A program made the position numbers and the translations under genes. From Candidatus Moraniibacteriota bacterium (GTDB lineage Bacteria; Patescibacteriota; Minisyncoccia; Moranbacterales; UBA2206): DNA of 64,000 bases. Each line of letters begins with the position of its first letter. Positions within the stretch are counted from its first letter, which is position 1. The DNA lies in assembly GCA_049304095.1 (NCBI GenBank), contig JBAQNU010000029.1, positions 34,222 to 98,221 of the forward strand, given 5' to 3'. Below are positions 36,768 through 47,001 of the stretch, piece after piece. The notes beneath the pieces are model-generated. The model made no database searches and was not told the origin of the DNA. It saw only the letters and a list, made by a program, of their open reading frames with translations.

Positions 36768-39609
36768 TATAATAATTTTTCGCTTTAGGCAGGATAAAAA
36801 AAATAATTTTTGTCGCAAAAATAATCACAAAACCAGCAAGGACTAGGCGGAAAAGAAAAGCGATGTAGGTGGGGATTCCAGCTGAAATGGTGGCGAGAAT
36901 AGCTTTTTTACCCGCTTGGGCTTTCGCCAGCTCCACACTAGCCATTTTGATTTTAATAGAATGACTCAATTTCTTTTCATAGAAGTCATTATAGCCAACA
37001 TTCCAATAGCTGTTAAGTGCTTGTTTTTTATCTGAATCTTGCGTATAAAGAGTCGAAAATTCAATCGAATAGGTTTCGCTGTAGGCTTTGGGTGGCAAAG
37101 TGAGTGTTCCGTCTTTAATGCCGTATCCTCCATATTCTGTGACATTGGTCTCTGAAATAGTATTTCCATCAACAATCCATTGGAATTTTTTACGATCAGT
37201 TTCTTGAGACAGGTTTGCTCCGGTAAAAACTGGGGTTAGTTTAATTTCACTTCCAGTGAGAGCTTGGAATTCTGTCGTGCTTCGATCATCCCATGCACGT
37301 CCATCAAGGTCGATATATTGCCCTAAAAGATTTCCTCGGCAAGTATATTTATTAGCATCAGTTGAGTCAGCGTGTTCGACGGGAGTGATTTTGACAGAAG
37401 GATTAACCACCTTGAAAGCGCGAGATAGGCTGAGTTGCTTTCCGGAGGACTTGTCAACAGCGGACAGATTAATGGTAAATTCCTCGTCAATTTCTTTGAG
37501 AACTGGAAAATAGCTGGTGTTGGTTTGGGTTGGTGCCGCATCAGCTGACAAGCAATTTTGAAAATTACTACTAGGACAAGTGAGTGTTTTTCCGTCAAAC
37601 GTCCAGAGAAAATCATTATAAGCGGTAGTGTCAACTTTCACTGCCAAAATTTCATTTTTGGTCACCTCACAAATAGCGTCCGGGGTGGTGGATGAATCCT
37701 CTGGGGTTAGTTTGAAAAGGCAAAGTTCTTTCGCATCAGCTGAGACGCTAATCAAAGATTCGCCATTTGCGTTAAAACTAGCTATTGTGGGATAGATTTT
37801 AATCCTTTCGGAAGCGGATGAAATTGGAATGACCACATCGGTATGCCCTTCTTTTGTTTCGGTATCAGAAATACTATCTTTAGCAATTAATTTTACCTTG
37901 AGATATTTTGGAACATTTTTGGTAAAATTTAGCTTAAATTTAAAACTATCAATGCCCAAACCAATTGTTTGGGTCGCGTCAGGCAAGTCAGCTTTTGCTA
38001 TTTGGGTCCAATTGTCAGTGTCCGGAGCGTCCCCAGAAAAAACTTGCCATTCATAGTTCAAATAGTCCGGATTTTGCGCGCCAGTAACCGTTCCTTTGAA
38101 AGAGAGTTGATCGCCATTGCCCAAATCACTAGCATCGTTTAGCGGATTTTGTGGTCCATAGGTAATGGCTACATCCATTTTTTGATTAGCTCCACCGCCC
38201 TCTGAGGGTGTGACTAAATTATCATAAAGACATTTGTTAAGACTTTTGACGGTTGGTATTGAATCGCTATCAAGAGCAGATTGATTGTCCTCATCCGCTC
38301 CTGAGCAAGTAATGCCATTATTTGGTCCAGCTTCAGTAGCGCCAAGTGTGCGTGGCTGATCACCTTCGGAATAGCTGGCTGGACAGGTTGTTGTTTGTGT
38401 GATGATGGGTGTCGTGCAGGGAGCAGGAGTGGTTGGTGCTCCCGTGATCTGATCGACGCAGGTAATGTTGGTGGTGGTTGTGGTGAGTGTGCGGATGGTA
38501 ACTAAGTCATTGATTCTTGTTCCATCAACAATTGAAGCCTCGGTCTCAACGGTGTTAGTGGCTGTGCAGGTGTTTCCTGCTGGAACTGTGCAAGAAGATG
38601 GTAGGGTTGTCGAGGTTGGTCCAACAGAAGCGCTCTTTGGATAGTCATCTCCAGTTGGGTCGGCGTTTAATTTGTCGGCGTCACAGGTATTATTGGAAAA
38701 GGCCCACATAGTTTTGTAGCTAGCGTCGGGTTCCGTGGTTGGTTGAGTGGCAATGCCTTCAACTACAACGCCCACCTTATCTCCAGTGCTATAGGTAAAA
38801 GTGAAACTTTGCATTCCCATTCCCGCCACATTAGCTTCATCAACATTGCCAGTTCCCGCTGTGTCGTCAGAATTTGGGTTGGTGTGCCAAAAAGATTCTT
38901 CGCTTGCGCCGAAACTTCCATCCCCGGTTTTTTCTCCATTGGCCTTGGGAAAAAGATGTCTGCTGGAGATGTTATTATCATCACAACCAGAAAGTTCATA
39001 GTCATTGCCGGACGCGACATCATGAAAAAAACAATGCGGTTCTTTGCCTTTTTGATCATCTCCTCCGCTAGACGCTTCATAGCCATCATGATCGGAATCG
39101 GAAGTATAGAGCGTGCTTGGCGTATCCCAAACAAAATCATTACCAGCGATGATGCGTCCCGCTTTGATTTTGTAGTCTTCAATGTCAATAATTTGATTGG
39201 TATCAAGATCGCAGTCGCTAACATAGCTATATTTATCCTTATCAGACTCTTTGTCGGTACATTTTTTGTTTTTGAGGTACCAGGTGAAATATTGACTTTC
39301 GGTTGGATTAAGGAAGTAGGTAGGTGTGGCAGTGACAGTTACTTTTTCTCCTGGGACAGGATTTGCGGGCGAAAAAGAGAGCATTAGTTGCGGTGGGGTA
39401 ACTTTCTGGCGCATCACATTCATCGTGCTTATCGTGTTTTTAAGCTCTGCTTGGTTAACGCCGAGACTATTCATGATTTCATCCTTGATTCCGACGGGAT
39501 TTCCCAAGAGAAAAGATTCTATGCCAGCAGAGGCTGATGGCACGCTGAGTGAAAAAATGTTAATAACAACAAATAAGGTTAGAAAAATTTTTTTGAATAT
39601 TTTTTTCAT
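36757..39609 (-). CDS. large (950 aa) Cys-rich secreted protein with a C-terminal membrane anchor
   Basis: N-terminal signal peptide, dozens of Cys residues and T/S/D-rich segments. C-terminal hydrophobic segment AILATISAGIPTYIAFLFRLVLAGFVIIFATKIIFFILPKA. Confidence 0.5.
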   Translation of the reverse strand: MKKIFKKIFLTLFVVINIFSLSVPSASAGIESFLLGNPVGIKDEIMNSLGVNQAELKNTISTMNVMRQKVTPPQLMLSFSPANPVPGEKVTVTATPTYFLNPTESQYFTWYLKNKKCTDKESDKDKYSYVSDCDLDTNQIIDIEDYKIKAGRIIAGNDFVWDTPSTLYTSDSDHDGYEASSGGDDQKGKEPHCFFHDVASGNDYELSGCDDNNISSRHLFPKANGEKTGDGSFGASEESFWHTNPNSDDTAGTGNVDEANVAGMGMQSFTFTYSTGDKVGVVVEGIATQPTTEPDASYKTMWAFSNNTCDADKLNADPTGDDYPKSASVGPTSTTLPSSCTVPAGNTCTATNTVETEASIVDGTRINDLVTIRTLTTTTTNITCVDQITGAPTTPAPCTTPIITQTTTCPASYSEGDQPRTLGATEAGPNNGITCSGADEDNQSALDSDSIPTVKSLNKCLYDNLVTPSEGGGANQKMDVAITYGPQNPLNDASDLGNGDQLSFKGTVTGAQNPDYLNYEWQVFSGDAPDTDNWTQIAKADLPDATQTIGLGIDSFKFKLNFTKNVPKYLKVKLIAKDSISDTETKEGHTDVVIPISSASERIKIYPTIASFNANGESLISVSADAKELCLFKLTPEDSSTTPDAICEVTKNEILAVKVDTTAYNDFLWTFDGKTLTCPSSNFQNCLSADAAPTQTNTSYFPVLKEIDEEFTINLSAVDKSSGKQLSLSRAFKVVNPSVKITPVEHADSTDANKYTCRGNLLGQYIDLDGRAWDDRSTTEFQALTGSEIKLTPVFTGANLSQETDRKKFQWIVDGNTISETNVTEYGGYGIKDGTLTLPPKAYSETYSIEFSTLYTQDSDKKQALNSYWNVGYNDFYEKKLSHSIKIKMASVELAKAQAGKKAILATISAGIPTYIAFLFRLVLAGFVIIFATKIIFFILPKAKNYYNEY

Positions 39610-40286
39610 CTGGCTAAATAAATTAGAACACTATCTAGAATTATTATAACAAAAAAATGCATAAAATACGAATAAAGAAAAGATTTAGTTTTGTAGGCCA
39701 AAATCCCCCCACTCACGGAAAATAAAATGAAAGGCAATATTTGCCAAGAAAAAGAATTAGTGAGCCATAGGGCTAAAAAATAAATCAGTGCTTGGAGCGC
39801 AATTGCCCAATAAGTTAATTTTTCACGGAAAAGAGAAAGGATGAATCCGCGAAAGAAAAATTCATTAATAAAAACGATAAAATTAACTAAGAGCAGTTCA
39901 TAGCCAAGAAAAAACCAAAAATTAGACATGATTTCCGGAGAAAGTTTGTAGTTTGTGCGAAAAGAGGTGTAATTGAGCAAAAGATAAAAAGTTAAAAGGA
40001 GAAAAAGGGCTAAAACAGAGCTCCAAACTAATCCCGCGTGCCTATTTTTCAAATTAAGGCCTAGCTCTGGTAATTTCATCTTGAGGATTATTCTAGCGTA
40101 GATTGTTGGCAAGAGAATAAGAAAAAAAATATTTTTAGTAATCAATTGAGCGGAATTTTGCGAGGGAAAGAAAAGACCCAAAAATAGGCAAAGCAAGGCT
40201 ACGCCAAAGCTAATTAGCAATTCTTGATTAAGAGAGAGTGAATTCAGATTAATTTTAAGTTTTTTTGGCTGGTACATTTTAATCAA
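39606..40286 (-). CDS. CPBP family (CAAX/Abi-like) intramembrane metalloprotease
   Basis: Polytopic protein. NEFFFRGF is an EExxxR-like motif 1, and FMHFFVII is His-containing motif 2/3. Confidence 0.55.
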   Translation of the reverse strand: MIKMYQPKKLKINLNSLSLNQELLISFGVALLCLFLGLFFPSQNSAQLITKNIFFLILLPTIYARIILKMKLPELGLNLKNRHAGLVWSSVLALFLLLTFYLLLNYTSFRTNYKLSPEIMSNFWFFLGYELLLVNFIVFINEFFFRGFILSLFREKLTYWAIALQALIYFLALWLTNSFSWQILPFILFSVSGGILAYKTKSFLYSYFMHFFVIIILDSVLIYLAR

Positions 40287-40320
40287 ATTTTTTAGGTCAC
40301 TACATTAAGAATCAAAAAAA

Positions 40321-40866
40321 TCAATTGTCGCTCTTAGCATTATTTTCAGCCTCTTCTTTTTTTAGTTCCGTTCTTTCAAGAAGCATCAATCCAAAAGTAA
40401 TAAGTGCGGTCAGGGTTTCCACGGGAAGAAAGTTAACGCCAAACAAAAGCTCTGTCAATGTTCCACCAGCTAATGTTCCCCAGCGTTTAATTGCTCTTTT
40501 CACGTTGGATTTATTTTTCTTCCCTGATTTGTAGCTTCCTGAGACAAGCATTCCCGCAATAATGGTTATGGAAGCCATCAGAGTAAGCACTGTTCCAATA
40601 ACTGGGATGGACCCCATTCCAGGAAAATCGGAAATATCTTTTAGGACAGCCATCATTATGGCTCCGATAAAAAAAATATCACGCATTTCAATGGAAAAGA
40701 GCATTGCTTTTGCGGTGGTGGAAGCCTTTTTTAGATTATTGAGTAGCTTTTTTTGAGGAGATTTGGTCGGTGTGGATTTTTTTTCAGGTTTTTTGTTTTC
40801 CGCTTTTTGGCGATCTTCTTGTCGCGCATCAGCTAAATTTTGCTTACGCTCTTGTTCGTCAGGCAT
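40321..40866 (-). CDS. hypothetical membrane protein (basic N-terminus, 3-4 TM helices)
   Basis: 181 aa. K/E-rich N-terminal 50 aa followed by hydrophobic helices. Confidence 0.4.
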   Translation of the reverse strand: MPDEQERKQNLADARQEDRQKAENKKPEKKSTPTKSPQKKLLNNLKKASTTAKAMLFSIEMRDIFFIGAIMMAVLKDISDFPGMGSIPVIGTVLTLMASITIIAGMLVSGSYKSGKKNKSNVKRAIKRWGTLAGGTLTELLFGVNFLPVETLTALITFGLMLLERTELKKEEAENNAKSDN

Positions 40867-40883
40867 ATTTTTTATCGCTTAAT

Positions 40884-42722
40884 CTAGGCATTTTCTTCAT
40901 CAAAATCTTTTTTGGCTTGCTCGATTTCCAAAAGTTGCGATGGATCAGTAGTGATGATTTGATCTTCAGAATAGGACGCAACCACTTTAATGGCAACATG
41001 TTTGGTGCCGGCGAAAAAGATTCCTTCTCCCACATTACTTTCAAGAAGTAGAAACTTCTCTTGATCAGTGAGATAGAAAGTATCGCAAATCACGTCAATA
41101 CCAGCTGGCGATTGCTTGAGTAGGAGTTGAAGTGAAGAGTTAGTCACGATTGCTTTGCCATAGCGTGAAGACAAAAAGTCATTAACATCTTGCGTGATTG
41201 TGGTGAGGCCAGTGAAATATTTGCGACAACGCTTGGCAATGCCAAAAAGAAAAGAAGCGGCGTCTTCTGATTTCATCATCACCCAGGCTTCATCGACTAG
41301 AACGACCCGTTTTTTGACATTAGTCCGCATTTCATTCCAGATAAATTGCAAAATGGTATACATTGCTACGGGACGAAGTTCTTCTTCCATATCGCGAATA
41401 TTGAAAACGACTAATTGGTTGTCTACTTTAATGTTGGTGGTGTGATTGAGAAAGCCAGCAAAAATTCCTTCCGTATATTTTTCCAGGCGAATAGCAATCA
41501 TCTCTCCACCTTCCATGCTGCGAAGAACTTGATGCAAATCAGACATAGTAGGAAAGGCATCTCGAGAAAGCTTATTGAAATCGGTTTCCACTGTGATGTC
41601 TCTGATAGAATATGTTTCATGAATAGCGCGATCGAGAATGGAATCTTCCTCTGGAGTGATGGAGCCGAGCATAATGTGAAGTAGTCCCAGAAGATTAGCA
41701 ATATTTCCGCGCAAAACATCCTCTGGATCATCATCTTCGGTGATACGTGGCAAATCAAAAGGATTGAGATGGTTGTCTGAGTTGAGTGAGATTTTGATAA
41801 AAGAGCCTTCTACTGTGTCACAAAGGTGGCGGTATTCATTTTCCGGGTCAATGATAATCACGTCAGTCCCCACCATCATTGAGCGCAGAACTTCCAATTT
41901 CACGGTATAGCTTTTTCCAGCGCCAGACTTGGCAAAAACGACCATATTGGCATTTTCCATTTGAAAGCGATCAAAGATGATAAGACTATTATTGTGTCTG
42001 TTAATTCCATAGAGAATGCCAGTGTTGGTGGAAAGGGTGGAAGAAACAAAGGGAAATGTTGTAGAAAGTGGAGAGCTATTCATGTTAGTGCCAATATTGA
42101 GCTCATCATTGGCGAGTGGTAGCGAAGAATTGAAGCCTTGTTCCGACTTGAAAATAGCCGGTTTGACATAGACTAGTTGTGCTTCCAGAACCGCTTCAAT
42201 GCTTTTTATAATTTCCGTAACTGATTTTTCGCTGTCGCCATAGGCTGTGATATAGAGCGAGAAACGGAAAAACTTTTCCGTTCCTTGTTGCAACTTATCG
42301 CGCAAATCATCAATGTCTTCCTTGGCAGTTTCTAGCGCTGGATCACGAATGAGACCCTTCTCTCCTTCAATTTGAATTTGGGATTCAACCTGAGTAGCGC
42401 TTTTACGTAAAGTTTTCAAGATATCGCTCGTGTCAATGGGGTGGACAAACATAGAAATATCAATCGGCATATTGATATTTATAATAGGAGAAAACCAGTT
42501 GCTGTGAAGAAATCTTGGATAAGCAATGACAAAAATTGTCTGAGCGATGGTTTCTCCCACGCGAATAGATTTGGGCATAATTTGGATGGCTGCTGGTGCA
42601 ATCAAATCATTCAGGCGCGCTAAGCCTTCTTGGTAATATTTTTCCGATTCCAAAACAGCATCCGTTGGTGGGGCGGGTTTTTTGCTATTCTCTGGGTTTT
42701 TGTTGGCAAAAGGGTTTAGCAT
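40884..42722 (-). CDS. VirB4/TrbE/CagE-family type IV secretion ATPase
   Basis: Walker A VVFAKSGAGKSYT, Walker B VVLVDEAW and a TrbE-like RxF/HxxNP region. 612 aa. Confidence 0.8.
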   Translation of the reverse strand: MLNPFANKNPENSKKPAPPTDAVLESEKYYQEGLARLNDLIAPAAIQIMPKSIRVGETIAQTIFVIAYPRFLHSNWFSPIININMPIDISMFVHPIDTSDILKTLRKSATQVESQIQIEGEKGLIRDPALETAKEDIDDLRDKLQQGTEKFFRFSLYITAYGDSEKSVTEIIKSIEAVLEAQLVYVKPAIFKSEQGFNSSLPLANDELNIGTNMNSSPLSTTFPFVSSTLSTNTGILYGINRHNNSLIIFDRFQMENANMVVFAKSGAGKSYTVKLEVLRSMMVGTDVIIIDPENEYRHLCDTVEGSFIKISLNSDNHLNPFDLPRITEDDDPEDVLRGNIANLLGLLHIMLGSITPEEDSILDRAIHETYSIRDITVETDFNKLSRDAFPTMSDLHQVLRSMEGGEMIAIRLEKYTEGIFAGFLNHTTNIKVDNQLVVFNIRDMEEELRPVAMYTILQFIWNEMRTNVKKRVVLVDEAWVMMKSEDAASFLFGIAKRCRKYFTGLTTITQDVNDFLSSRYGKAIVTNSSLQLLLKQSPAGIDVICDTFYLTDQEKFLLLESNVGEGIFFAGTKHVAIKVVASYSEDQIITTDPSQLLEIEQAKKDFDEENA

Positions 42723-43408
42723 TATTTTAATTCCATTTTAGTTGTATCAACATAACCCATTGTATCAAAAATTGTCGGGTTATACGAATTAAACAGCAGT
42801 TCAATTAGTTCCGCGGTTTTGAGCGGGGCAATTTTGAGTCCAATACCAGAAAGTCCAGCGGTGATGTGGTCAACGCGTTGATAGAGTTGGCTCTTGTAAG
42901 TTTCAAAATTCTCTCTTTTTTCCAAAATATTTTTCTGGGGATTGAGCAATCCGGTTATATTGCTAAAGAAGCCTTTCTCGGTATTTTCCATCGGAGAAAA
43001 GGGAACGACAATATAGAAGCTTTTGTCCATAATATCAGACAGGGAAACAAGTTGTTTAATGAAGTTTTTATATTCCGAAATCTGCAAGCGCATCAGTTCC
43101 GTTTTTTGTAATTTTTCTTTTCCCGTGAGAAACTCAATATAAGTGTCGATGTTTAATTTTCGTGAACTGATGAGGATTTGCAAAGGAAAATCAACTGAAT
43201 TGAGGAAATTTTGATATTGACTAATAATTGCTTCTTGCTCATCAGAGGCTTTGAGGTCAAAATTGATGGCAGAAATATCCAAAACTGCTCGAAGTGAGCC
43301 ACTTTTGAGCACAATTACATCTTCTTTGACTTCCGCCACGTCCAAATATCTTTGTGTTGGCGAGGCGGCCGCCTCTTTGGCTAGTTTTTTTGAATAGAGA
43401 TCTTCCAT
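42722..43408 (-). CDS. hypothetical protein translationally coupled to the VirB4-like gene (possibly a separate VirB4 N-terminal-like component)
   Basis: 228 aa. Its stop overlaps the VirB4-like start (ATGA). No diagnostic motif. Confidence 0.35.
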   Translation of the reverse strand: MEDLYSKKLAKEAAASPTQRYLDVAEVKEDVIVLKSGSLRAVLDISAINFDLKASDEQEAIISQYQNFLNSVDFPLQILISSRKLNIDTYIEFLTGKEKLQKTELMRLQISEYKNFIKQLVSLSDIMDKSFYIVVPFSPMENTEKGFFSNITGLLNPQKNILEKRENFETYKSQLYQRVDHITAGLSGIGLKIAPLKTAELIELLFNSYNPTIFDTMGYVDTTKMELK

Positions 43409-43412
43409 GGAG

Positions 43413-43805
43413 TTATTTTTTATCTAATATTTGTGAAATACTTTCAGCTTTTTTGCTATCAAAGCTTTTTTTAGTAATGGTTGTTGCTAAGCCCTGGGAA
43501 GAGCTTTCTCTTTTGGTCTCTTTTATCACTTCTCTTTTCCAGACATACATTTTGGGTCTGGTGGCAAACATAATAGAGGAGGTGATGAATTTAATGAGTG
43601 GTTGGTTATATGGCCTGTAGAAGGCTAGTCCGCCAAAAATAATGGCGACGATAATTACTGAAAAGACAAAAGATGATTTGTCCAAGAGGCCATAGAGGAT
43701 GAGTGTAATGATGCTGCCCAAGGCCAACCAGCCAAGTTGTCTGGCTGTCAGTGGCCCAACGATCTTGTCTTCAATATCAATAAATTGTGGAACATTAAAT
43801 AGCAT
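43413..43805 (-). CDS. small two-TM protein, VirB3/PrgI-like by size, topology and position
   Basis: LTARQLGWLALGSIITLILYGLL followed by a second TM (FVFSVIIVAIIFGGLAFY). Start taken at the internal Met (43805). The 5' end lies inside a tandem 14-nt repeat. Confidence 0.35.
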   Translation of the reverse strand: MLFNVPQFIDIEDKIVGPLTARQLGWLALGSIITLILYGLLDKSSFVFSVIIVAIIFGGLAFYRPYNQPLIKFITSSIMFATRPKMYVWKREVIKETKRESSSQGLATTITKKSFDSKKAESISQILDKK

Positions 43806-43894
43806 ATAGCATGTAGCATATAGCATGTAGCAGGAAACATATAGCAGCGTTTAAATGCTTTTTTGTTATATGTTGCATGTTACATGTTGCATGG
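43801..43894. repeat. two pairs of 14-nt-period tandem repeats (agcatatagcatgt x2; atgttgcatg(t/g)(t/g)ac x2) spanning the start of the VirB3-like gene and its upstream region
   Basis: Read directly from the sequence: 43801-43828 and 43869-43894. Confidence 0.6.
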
Positions 43895-43896
43895 AA

Positions 43897-44958
43897 TTAT
43901 TCCTCTCTCAAGTTTACCACATTTTTTGGCATCGGTCTTCCTTGCGGTGAGTTGATTTGCTTCTGTGGTGGAAATGGCGAATATTTTCTGGTCAAAGTTG
44001 GCGTAGTGCGGTCGATTTTTTCGGTGGAAAAGGTCTGGGGAGAGGAAAAACTGATTTTTTCTGGCAGGATAACTTCTGGTTCTTTTTCTAGCGTTTCTTT
44101 TTGGGGTAGGTTTTTGCGCCAAGCGCTGAGGCGATCGGTGTCAGTTGCAAAAACAGGCGAAACGGAATTTGTGGCAGAAGTTTGTTGAGTTGGTAGTGGT
44201 TTTTCACTTCTTTTCTCTGTTGGCGGGAGAAAAATAATTTGCTTGGTTTTGGTGTTCACAATGAGTAGTGTTTTTTCTTCAAAGGATTTCAAGATTTCTG
44301 CCAGTTTTTCACGGTCAGATGAGTTGAGGTTTCGTCCGTTTTCACTTTTGAAAAGATAGTTTCCGCGCACAATCGGATCGTGGTTGCTGATGCCGACGAC
44401 ATAGGAATAGTCCGCCAACCAGTTTTTGATTGAAGGTCGCACTGGATCAGGAAAAACAGCCAATTTGATGCGGTTTTGGGTGATTAATTGTTCGCCGAGT
44501 TCGGGATATTTTTGGATGGCAATTGTGATAGGGAGTTTTTCTAGCTGAGCGACGTAGGCTTTTTCTTGTGAGTCGTCATTTATAATTCTTTGAATCACCA
44601 ACTCAGAAATTTTTTGCGCGGTAATCTGGTCAACACCCATTTCTTTTGATAGGATTGCCGGAAAATTTTCCAGTTGAATCTCACCAAAATAATAACCACG
44701 AACAGCGCGAGCGATGTCAGTCAATTGCAGAAGTTCCAAATTGAAATTTTTACCGATAGTTTGGATTTTTTGAGCAGTTTCTTCGGAGACAAGTTTATCT
44801 TTTACTGATTCTGACAATGTTAGAAATTTTTCTTGTCTTTTGAAAACATGTTCTGAAGTTTCATCGTCAGGATTTTTGGTTACAAAAACAGCATAGGGAG
44901 ATGCGCATCTCATTTCTGACAAGTTCTCATTTATTTCCAATGATGACATATTGGGCAT
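43897..44958 (-). CDS. hypothetical protein (T4SS-cluster member)
   Basis: 353 aa with no motif recognised. P/T/S-rich C-terminal third. Confidence 0.4.
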   Translation of the reverse strand: MPNMSSLEINENLSEMRCASPYAVFVTKNPDDETSEHVFKRQEKFLTLSESVKDKLVSEETAQKIQTIGKNFNLELLQLTDIARAVRGYYFGEIQLENFPAILSKEMGVDQITAQKISELVIQRIINDDSQEKAYVAQLEKLPITIAIQKYPELGEQLITQNRIKLAVFPDPVRPSIKNWLADYSYVVGISNHDPIVRGNYLFKSENGRNLNSSDREKLAEILKSFEEKTLLIVNTKTKQIIFLPPTEKRSEKPLPTQQTSATNSVSPVFATDTDRLSAWRKNLPQKETLEKEPEVILPEKISFSSPQTFSTEKIDRTTPTLTRKYSPFPPQKQINSPQGRPMPKNVVNLREE

Positions 44959-44975
44959 GTAATGTTTAATATTTT

Positions 44976-46979
44976 TTAAACTATTCCAGTATTGACCTCA
45001 AGCGCGGATGCGTTATTAGCAGAAAGCCTTTTATGAATTTCTGCTCTTGCTTCAGCTTTCATAGAGGCCCATGCTGTTCGCGTGGCTCGTATGACACTAT
45101 CTCTTTCTGCATTTCTATTGTTTGCCCGTATTGTGTAGGCCGCTAAGGATTCTCCTGGTCTTTGCGGACCTACTGGTTGGAGTATATCTGTCCAATTTTG
45201 ATCATTCCATTGTTCAGCCGTGAGACTGCCCATTTGTTGATTTGCAATATATTGTTCAGTGGTTACTCGAGTGCTTGAAATAGCAGTGGCTATCGCTGGT
45301 GTTAGGCCTGCCCTTGTTGCGTTATCGTACAACGCTAATTGTGCAGCAGGCGTGCTTGCAGCTGTACCACCGTCTATATTTGATTGCTTTGCCTGCTCCC
45401 CTGCATCATTCGATTTGTTAATAGCAACCAAATCATTTCTGTTTTGTTTAACCTTAGCATTTATAGCGCCTCTGAGTGATGCGTTAGTGTTTGTTCTCGT
45501 AAAGCCATCATAAGTGGCCTGGTCCATTTTTTTATCTTCCGCCAATCTAAATGCAGCTCCAGCATCGCCTGCAGCAGCCAAAGATTTAAGTTCGTTATCA
45601 GTCGTGTCATTTTTCTTGTGCTCTGCAGCTCTTCTGCGCATATCTTTTTCTTCCGCTCCTTTTACATTAAAGCGAGCTGCCATCTTAGCTTCTCTTTGCG
45701 CAGTTTTTTCAGATCCCAACCAGCTGTTTTTCTTGGTTTGTTCCCATTTTTGTTTGGCGGCGCCAGAAAGTCCAGATTTTTTGGATATGAAGCCCACTGA
45801 TCCAAGTGCGGGATTTTTGGCGAGCCATTTTCCGGCTTTTTTCCCTGTCTTTACCACCGCTTCTGCGCCTTTGATACCAGAGCTTTGAGCCAGGATAATG
45901 CCATACCAAAGCACGATAATCGGGAGGACAAAAATAGAAACCCCAGTGATTAGTTGGCTGATGTTGCCCGGGTCTTCAAGTCCGTTGACTTGCATGTTGG
46001 CAATAGTTTTAATTTTTCCTCCCGAACTGGCCATGGCACTCATTAGCACATTAGCGACATAGAGCATAAAAACAATAATTGGTCCGGCAAAACAGTTTTT
46101 CATGAAATCCGTCCACCATTCGTTGCCGGCGCTATCTAGTTTGGTGCCAGGAAGGACCGATCCAACAAAGGCTAGTGGAGAAAAGATAATGTAGAGCGTG
46201 AGAGAAACAGTTCTAATTATGAGCAAAACAGCAATTACTAAAAGTGTAATAGCAAGAATAAAAGTAAAAACAATAGCAGAGAGAAGAAACAAAGCATTGG
46301 GGCTTGTTCCACCGACAATCCAATCCAGTCCAGAACCCTTAATAATAGACATAAATGAGTTGTCTCCGCCCATACTTTGCAAAAATCCAAACATAATAAT
46401 GTTAGAAAGATCGATAATGAATCGCGCGATTGGATAACTGAAATTGACCAAAAGGGCCATAAGCACAAGATTTCGCAGAACACTTTTATAATTATATTTG
46501 CTATATTGAAAAACAGTGGCAAAAGCGGAGAATAGAAGCACCATAATGAAAACCACATTGAGCACATCGCGCACGGCGCGCCATGTTGTATAAACGGCGC
46601 TATTGGTCATGATAGCTTTCATTGTATTTGGATTGACAATCCATTGGAATAATGTTTCTGCAATATTGAGCAGTATGGTAACAAATTTTAGAACAATTTT
46701 GAGTAAAAATATAATAGCTTGTTCGATTAGTCCAGGAGTGCCCGCAGGATCATTTTCTGATTTGGTGTCGACTAGGCCTGTTTCGCCTTGGGATACTGAT
46801 TTGCTCTGATTGCATGTGCTAACGCAAACATCTTTATCGCTTTGATCTTGAAATCTATCACAATCACTTACGCAATCGGCTAAAACTGTTTTTGTCAAAC
46901 TAACCAACGGCAAAACAACCGCAAGGCAAAAAACTGCGAGTAAAATTTTTAACTTGTGTTTTTGGAGGTAGGCGTTCAC
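44976..46979 (-). CDS. polytopic membrane protein, VirB6/TrbL-like by architecture, with a long hydrophilic Ala/Lys/Asn-rich C-terminal tail
   Basis: Signal peptide plus a Cys-rich N-terminal region, then at least 6 TM helices and a roughly 280-aa tail. Adjacent to VirB3/VirB4-like genes. Confidence 0.45.
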   Translation of the reverse strand: MNAYLQKHKLKILLAVFCLAVVLPLVSLTKTVLADCVSDCDRFQDQSDKDVCVSTCNQSKSVSQGETGLVDTKSENDPAGTPGLIEQAIIFLLKIVLKFVTILLNIAETLFQWIVNPNTMKAIMTNSAVYTTWRAVRDVLNVVFIMVLLFSAFATVFQYSKYNYKSVLRNLVLMALLVNFSYPIARFIIDLSNIIMFGFLQSMGGDNSFMSIIKGSGLDWIVGGTSPNALFLLSAIVFTFILAITLLVIAVLLIIRTVSLTLYIIFSPLAFVGSVLPGTKLDSAGNEWWTDFMKNCFAGPIIVFMLYVANVLMSAMASSGGKIKTIANMQVNGLEDPGNISQLITGVSIFVLPIIVLWYGIILAQSSGIKGAEAVVKTGKKAGKWLAKNPALGSVGFISKKSGLSGAAKQKWEQTKKNSWLGSEKTAQREAKMAARFNVKGAEEKDMRRRAAEHKKNDTTDNELKSLAAAGDAGAAFRLAEDKKMDQATYDGFTRTNTNASLRGAINAKVKQNRNDLVAINKSNDAGEQAKQSNIDGGTAASTPAAQLALYDNATRAGLTPAIATAISSTRVTTEQYIANQQMGSLTAEQWNDQNWTDILQPVGPQRPGESLAAYTIRANNRNAERDSVIRATRTAWASMKAEARAEIHKRLSANNASALEVNTGIV

Positions 46980-47001
46980 TGGTTTTTTTCTGGATTAACT
47001 T

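Noticed and set aside
42722-43408. Calling this ORF a split N-terminal domain of VirB4.
   Set aside because: It rests on position and translational coupling only. No Walker or diagnostic motif is present. It is kept as hypothetical.
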